From: Clostridia bacterium
GTDB taxonomy: Bacteria; Bacillota; Clostridia; Oscillospirales; CAG-272
Reading direction: 5' to 3'
DNA length: 19,097 bases
NCBI GenBank assembly: GCA_017453005.1
Contig: JAFTKY010000092.1
Span: 1 to 19,097, forward strand
The notes beneath the pieces are model-generated. The model made no database searches and had not been told where the DNA came from. It worked only from the letters and a program-made list of their open reading frames with translations. Position 1 is the first letter of the stretch. Each line of letters starts with the position of its first letter. Made by a program: the position numbers and the translations under genes. Of this stretch, positions 15,031 through 19,097 are shown one piece after another.

Positions 15031-16521
15031 ATGCTGATTATTCACAACGCGCCGTCGGGCGAGGCAAAATATTGCGGATATGATGTCAGAATAAACGGTG
15101 TAACGGCGTCGCCGTCTCTCTGTCGCGTGTCCGCAGTCCCATATAACACCGAGTGGCCCGGTCATCAGCGCCCTCTTGACCAGACCGAGGAGGCGGGTTT
15201 TTTGTCGTTCGAGTGTGACGGCGAGGTCAACGTTAGCATAACGTACAGCACTCCTCCGAGCGAGGTCACCGTGCGTCCGCTCTCCCGCGGCGTGAAGGCA
15301 AAAATTGACGGCAGTATCGCAAGCTTTACCCTGTCCGAGCTCGGCGCGTATACCGTTGAAGCCGACGGATACCACCACGCGTTGCATATTTTCTTGAACC
15401 CCATAAAGAGCTTTGAGAGCTACACCGACGGTGCGAAAACAGTCCTTCGCTACGGCGCGGGCATACACCGAATAGGACGTGTTGAGCTGCCCTCCGACAC
15501 CGCCGTAATAATTGACAGCGGCGCGTATATATACGGCTCGTTTTGTGCCGTATGCGCTCACAATATAAGTATATGTGGCTACGGTGTGATAGACGGCTCG
15601 TGCGAGGCGCGTGACAACGACAGCAGTCTGCTCCCCCTTGACTATTACGCCACCATTCCGCACGACCGCGGCGAAATACTTGACCTTATCCGCCGCCGAC
15701 ACTCACTTGACGGAATTTTGCGCTTTTACGATTGCGAGAACATTCACGTTGAGGGCGTGATAATGCGCGACAGCTCCACCTTCGCTGCCATTGCCGCAAG
15801 GTGCAAGCAGGTAATTTTTGAGAATGTCAAGGCGATAGGAATGTGGCGCTACAATTCCGACGGAATTGACCTTTTCAACTGCCGTGACTGTGTTATCTCG
15901 CACTGCTTTATGCGAAATTTTGACGATTGCATAGTCCTCAAGGGTATCTGCGGCTGGGATAATGAGAATATGGAAAATATTCTCGTCACTGACTGCGTCA
16001 CCTGGTGCGATTGGGGCAGAAACCTTGAAATCGGTGCGGAGACAAACGCGGACAGCTTCAAAAATATAACCTTCAAAAACTGCGATTGCATACACGGCTC
16101 GTCAATTTTTCTTGACATACACCACCACAACCGCGCCCACATTTCGGACGTGATATACGAAAATATCAATATCGAATATACTCGCCACCAGCTCTCGGAC
16201 GTATATCAAAGCGACATGAGCCTTCCCTATCCGCATGGGGACAAAATAACCCATCCCCTGCTCATAGGTATCCCTATTTACGCCTCGGGGCTTTTCTCCA
16301 AGGACGGCAAGCACGGTGACGTAAAGCATATAACCTTTAAGAATATAAATATCATCTCGGATATCCCCCTGCGCCCCATCGTAATGATACGTGGGCTTGA
16401 CACCGAGCATACCGTCTCGGACGTCACCCTTTCGGGTCTTATTCTGAACGGCACACCGCTCCGCACAAGCGATATTGACCTGGCGGTCAATGATTTTGCA
16501 GAGCACGTAAAGCATGAATAA
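15031..16521 (+). CDS. Glycoside hydrolase family 28-like protein (polygalacturonase/rhamnogalacturonase-type right-handed beta-helix). No signal peptide.
   Basis: GH28-like motifs: NSDGIDL (NTDGID), FDDCIVLKG (GDDC.A.K) and CIHGSSIF (GHG.SIGS-like). The repetitive Cys/Asn/Asp-rich segments are typical of parallel beta-helix coils. The start is chosen at the ribosome-binding-site-supported ATG 15031. Confidence 0.6.
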   Translation: MLIIHNAPSGEAKYCGYDVRINGVTASPSLCRVSAVPYNTEWPGHQRPLDQTEEAGFLSFECDGEVNVSITYSTPPSEVTVRPLSRGVKAKIDGSIASFTLSELGAYTVEADGYHHALHIFLNPIKSFESYTDGAKTVLRYGAGIHRIGRVELPSDTAVIIDSGAYIYGSFCAVCAHNISICGYGVIDGSCEARDNDSSLLPLDYYATIPHDRGEILDLIRRRHSLDGILRFYDCENIHVEGVIMRDSSTFAAIAARCKQVIFENVKAIGMWRYNSDGIDLFNCRDCVISHCFMRNFDDCIVLKGICGWDNENMENILVTDCVTWCDWGRNLEIGAETNADSFKNITFKNCDCIHGSSIFLDIHHHNRAHISDVIYENINIEYTRHQLSDVYQSDMSLPYPHGDKITHPLLIGIPIYASGLFSKDGKHGDVKHITFKNINIISDIPLRPIVMIRGLDTEHTVSDVTLSGLILNGTPLRTSDIDLAVNDFAEHVKHE

Positions 16522-16524
16522 AAG

Positions 16525-16556
16525 AAAGCCAACGGACACCGTTGGCTTTGTTTGTT
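16525..16556. terminator. Intrinsic terminator between convergent GH28 and spoIVB genes.
   Basis: AAAGCCAACGG-acac-CCGTTGGCTTT, an 11-bp stem, followed by GTTTGTT. An A-rich tract lies upstream, so it may act bidirectionally. Confidence 0.7.
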
Positions 16557-16569
16557 CCCGTCCTTTGCG

Positions 16570-17634
16570 TTAACGCAACGCCGCAGGCATATTCTCAAGC
16601 ATATTCTCAATAAATATCCCGTAGCCGACGGTGGGGTCATTTATCATAACGTGCGTCACCGCACCCACGAGCTTGCCATTCTGGATTATGGGGCTGCCGC
16701 TCATTCCCTGCACTATTCCGCCGGTTTTGTCGATAAGCTTTTGGTCCTTGACCGTGACCGTAAAGCATTTTGAGCCGCATTCGTCGTACTTTACAGATGA
16801 TATCTCGATATTGTACCTACACGCACCGTTGCCGTCAAGCGTACATATTATATACGCCGCTCCGCTCTTGACCTCACTCTTAAGTCCCACGGGGATGGGC
16901 TTGCCTACGCCCTCGGGACATTTTAAAAACATTCCGTACACGCCGCAGTCGGTGTTGCCAACGAGAGACCCAAGCTTATTCGTGCCGATAATGCCCTTTA
17001 TCTCACCCGGCACACCCGCAACTCCCTTTTTTACACCGCTGACCGTAACGTCCGAAACGACGCCGCGCGTCATTTTTATGAGCTTTCCGCTGTCCGCGCT
17101 GCATATTCCGTGTCCAAGTCCCGCAAACGAGTACGTTTCGGGATCAATATAGGTAACCGTTCCTATTCCCGCGCCGCTGTCACGTACGCAGAGCCCCGCC
17201 ATATATTTTCCCTCGCTGACTGAATATTTCGGAGAAAGCCTGAGACTTTTTTCCGCGCCCGCTCGGGTGAACGTAACGGCTATGCTCTTGCCCGACGAGC
17301 TGTCTATCAACGATATAAAATCGCTTGTGTCCCTCGGCTCATGCCCGTCAATTTTCGTGATAATATCCCCCGTCCTCAGTCCCGCTTGAGATGCAGGGCA
17401 GATATTTCCGTCCTTCGTGTCCACATCGCAAAATCCCACGACCACAATTCCCGCCATGCTGAATTTTACCCCGAAGGGTATTCCCCCGGGGATGAGCTTT
17501 AGTCCCGCGTATTTATTTTGAGACCTTGACGTTGCGCCGACGGTAACTCCCATACACACCGAAAGCGCAAAAACCAGACACAAAAACAGACATATCGCGG
17601 AGGCTGCAAAATGTTTGTTTTTATTTTTTATCAT
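16570..17634 (-). CDS. spoIVB: Stage IV sporulation protein B (SpoIVB, S55 serine peptidase) with a PDZ domain.
   Basis: N-terminal signal/TM, a PDZ-like region (GLRTGDIITKIDGHEP) and the catalytic GMSGSP serine motif with the conserved His region. AAGGA ribosome-binding site before the ATG at 17632-17634 (minus strand). Confidence 0.8.
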   Translation of the reverse strand: MIKNKNKHFAASAICLFLCLVFALSVCMGVTVGATSRSQNKYAGLKLIPGGIPFGVKFSMAGIVVVGFCDVDTKDGNICPASQAGLRTGDIITKIDGHEPRDTSDFISLIDSSSGKSIAVTFTRAGAEKSLRLSPKYSVSEGKYMAGLCVRDSGAGIGTVTYIDPETYSFAGLGHGICSADSGKLIKMTRGVVSDVTVSGVKKGVAGVPGEIKGIIGTNKLGSLVGNTDCGVYGMFLKCPEGVGKPIPVGLKSEVKSGAAYIICTLDGNGACRYNIEISSVKYDECGSKCFTVTVKDQKLIDKTGGIVQGMSGSPIIQNGKLVGAVTHVMINDPTVGYGIFIENMLENMPAALR

Positions 17635-17734
17635 AACGTAGTATTCCTTTTCCCTCTTGATTGCAGTCTTTTGACCACACTATTATTTTGGATTTCTTCA
17701 CGCGGTTTATGTTTAACAATTATTGAACTTTGAG

Positions 17735-17762
17735 TTGACAAATTCTTTTTTTGTGATAAAAT
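17735..17762 (+). promoter_or_regulatory. Sigma-A promoter upstream of the 17803 gene.
   Basis: TTGACA at 17735-17740, a 16-nt spacer, then TGaTAAAAT (extended -10, 17754-17762), in an AT-rich divergent intergenic region. GGGAG ribosome-binding site at 17787-17791. Confidence 0.5.
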
Positions 17763-17802
17763 TATTATGTATTTATTATATAAATGAAGGGAGTGAATAT
17801 GC

Positions 17803-18639
17803 ATGGCAGATTTTGGCGGTGCGTACTATCCGCTGTCCGAGCGCGAGACGAAAAAATTCCGGAAAATTATTCTTGATAATCTTGTAAAATCTGCCTCTGT
17901 TGAGCTTGCCGAGAGTGACGAATACGACGGCATCGGAAGGCTTTCCGAAAAGCAGATGCACTCCGCGCTAAAATCATTTATTTGCTCCGACGAAAGTAAG
18001 CACGAGATAAAAATCCAAGGCTCGCCCCTTTATATTCCAAGTGATGCGGAAAATACCAAAAACAGAAAATACGTAGCCGACGTGCTTGACGGAGATACTA
18101 TATACGAAATACAGACGGGCGGTTTTTCGCCTTTGCGCGACAAAATAAAGTGGATACTTGAAAACACGGCGTACAGAGTGGTAGTAATACACCCAATCGC
18201 CGAGACTAAATGGATAAGAAAAATTGACGAGAACGGCAAAATTTCACCCAAGCGCAAGTCAAATAAGCACGGCAGAGTCCAGGACATCGCAAACGAGCTT
18301 TATTTTTTCAAGGATTTTCTCACGTCTCCGAGGTTCTCACTCATGATACTCATGATGGAGGCTGAGCAATACGTAAAGCCTCAAAAACGCGGCAGAAGAC
18401 TGCAAAAATACGAGATGATACCCGTCTCACTTCTGGGCGCGTATCTCTTCAAAAACGCGGCAGATTACGCCTGGTTTCTGCCCGACACGCTCCCCGATAC
18501 CTTCACCGTCAAGGATTACTCAAGTCACGCAAAAATATACGGAATGGACGCGTATTCCATAACGAAAACCTTGTGTGATATCGGTCTTATCGAGGAGTGC
18601 GGTACTATCGGACGCGCCCGCGCGTACCGCAAAAAATAA
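17803..18639 (+). CDS. Hypothetical protein with a possible PD-(D/E)xK-like nuclease core and a C-terminal winged-helix-like tail.
   Basis: A 278-aa ORF. The VADVLDGDTIYEIQTGG segment loosely resembles a restriction-endonuclease-like D...(D/E)xK/Q core. The C-terminus (LCDIGLIEECGTIGRARAYRKK) looks HTH-like. No confident family assignment. Confidence 0.4.
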   Translation: MADFGGAYYPLSERETKKFRKIILDNLVKSASVELAESDEYDGIGRLSEKQMHSALKSFICSDESKHEIKIQGSPLYIPSDAENTKNRKYVADVLDGDTIYEIQTGGFSPLRDKIKWILENTAYRVVVIHPIAETKWIRKIDENGKISPKRKSNKHGRVQDIANELYFFKDFLTSPRFSLMILMMEAEQYVKPQKRGRRLQKYEMIPVSLLGAYLFKNAADYAWFLPDTLPDTFTVKDYSSHAKIYGMDAYSITKTLCDIGLIEECGTIGRARAYRKK

Positions 18640-18673
18640 AATTTCCAAAAGGTGAATTATTTTAAAAAAGGAC

Positions 18674-18702
18674 TTGACAAACCCGCCTCACTGTTGTATA
18701 AT
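18674..18702 (+). promoter_or_regulatory. Perfect consensus sigma-A promoter of tRNA-Ser.
   Basis: TTGACA at 18674-18679, a 17-nt spacer, then TATAAT at 18697-18702. It lies 44 nt upstream of the tRNA 5' end. Confidence 0.65.
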
Positions 18703-18745
18703 AGTTAGGCAAGTTCATTTAAACGGTCGACTTGCGACAAGTACA

Positions 18746-18836
18746 TGGAGATGTACTCAAGAGGCCGAAGAGGCGCCCCTGCTAAGGGTGTAGGTCGGGT
18801 TACCGGCGCGAGAGTTCAAATCTCTCCATCTCCGCC
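18746..18836 (+). tRNA. tRNA-Ser (anticodon GCU), class II with a long variable arm.
   Basis: Acceptor GGAGATG pairs with CATCTCC. U8; D-arm CTC/AAGAGGCCGAA/GAG; anticodon stem CGCCC/GGGTG with loop CTGCTAA (anticodon GCT at 18780-18782); a 19-nt variable arm; T-arm GAGAG/TTCAAAT/CTCTC; discriminator G plus encoded CCA. It closely parallels bacterial tRNA-Ser(GCU). Confidence 0.85.
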
Positions 18837-18844
18837 AACAAAAA

Positions 18845-18876
18845 AGGAACTTTTGTCTACCAAAAGTTCCTTTTTT
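18845..18876 (+). terminator. Intrinsic terminator of tRNA-Ser.
   Basis: GGAACTTTTG-tctac-CAAAAGTTCC, a 10-bp perfect stem, followed by TTTTTTG. Confidence 0.8.
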
Positions 18877-18883
18877 GTTTATC

Positions 18884-19097
18884 CAAGCCGCAGGCTTTGC
18901 ATATCATCGCCGCGCGAAGCGTGGTGTATATCATCAAGGGCGGCTCGCCGCCCTTGTATCTCATCACGCGCCAGCGTGCATCTTACCTGCGCCTTGATGA
19001 TATACAATGCTTCGCATTGATGATATACCGCAACAAGTTGCGGATGATATACACGCCTTCGGCGTGATTGGGATGCGAGGATGCGAAAATCTCTTGA
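18884..19097. repeat. Array of seven unique GC-rich perfect hairpins punctuated by the 9-mer TATATCATC and its reverse complement GATGATATA. The array runs to the window edge.
   Basis: The seven hairpins are: AAGCC-gca-GGCTT (18884-18896); CCGCGC-gaa-GCGTGG (18909-18923); CAAGGGCGG-ctcg-CCGCCCTTG (18934-18955); CACGC-gcca-GCGTG (18964-18977); CAATGC-ttc-GCATTG (19004-19018); CCGCAAC-aa-GTTGCGG (19027-19042); CACGCC-ttc-GGCGTG (19051-19065). The 9-mer copies are cATATCATC 18899-18907, TATATCATC 18926-18934, TATcTCATC 18956-18964, then GATGATATA at 18995-19003, 19018-19026 and 19042-19050. Confidence 0.6.

Noticed and set aside
17635-17800. Sigma-F/sigma-G forespore promoter upstream of spoIVB.
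   Set aside because: It is expected biologically. However, no convincing GHATR-N18-CATNNTA or GTATA-N15-GGnnAnAnTA match at a sensible distance from the start codon was found by eye. The only AATACTA-like element lies within 5 nt of the ATG.
18745-19020. 91-aa ORF overlapping tRNA-Ser and the hairpin array.
   Set aside because: It overlaps a confidently folded tRNA gene and its terminator. Its 'protein' (repeats of ISS..RR) is an artefact of the periodic hairpin units.
18884-19097. CRISPR array interpretation of the terminal hairpin array.
   Set aside because: The only conserved unit is 9 bp, far shorter than CRISPR repeats. The 'spacers' are themselves perfect palindromes of varying length. 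The conserved unit flips orientation mid-array. No cas genes are visible. It is reported instead as an unexplained structured repeat array.

Overview
This window looks like chromosomal DNA from a spore-forming Firmicute (Clostridia-like). The evidence is a spoIVB gene, a yuaF/floT-type NfeD-flotillin pair, sigma-A-type promoters and AGGAGG-type ribosome-binding sites.

The first 8.7 kb is one tightly packed plus-strand operon. It encodes the complete shikimate pathway plus both post-chorismate branch enzymes, in the order DAHP synthase, tyrA, aroB, aroA, aroC, pheA, an aroE-aroK fusion and aroQ. Upstream of the operon a consensus promoter is followed by a leader that encodes an 18-codon peptide with 10 Tyr/Phe codons (MHSSIFTFAYYYFYYFMD), and then by an intrinsic-terminator hairpin. 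This is a candidate ribosome-mediated aromatic amino acid attenuator rather than a T-box.

The operon is closed by a roughly 150-bp quasi-palindromic GC-rich hairpin module ending in a terminator. A near-identical 50-bp copy of that module recurs 4.8 kb away, in the 5' UTR of a small membrane-protein gene, which makes it a short intergenic repeat family.

Downstream features, in order:
- a MerR-like HTH gene, whose promoter spacer contains a perfect 16-bp palindrome, followed by NfeD and flotillin genes as a probable three-gene unit;
- an AT-rich, compositionally distinct XRE-HTH regulator gene;
- twin ATTTGC-n-GCAAAT palindromes, the small membrane-protein gene and a convergent gene of unknown function;
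- a GH28-like glycoside hydrolase gene;
- spoIVB on the minus strand;
- a 278-aa gene of unknown function;
- a complete tRNA-Ser(GCU) with its own consensus promoter and terminator.

The last 215 bp of the window hold an unexplained array. Seven distinct GC-rich perfect hairpins are each separated by the 9-mer TATATCATC or its reverse complement GATGATATA, and the 9-mer orientation flips mid-array. The window also starts inside a minus-strand tRNA with a CAU anticodon that has its own consensus promoter.
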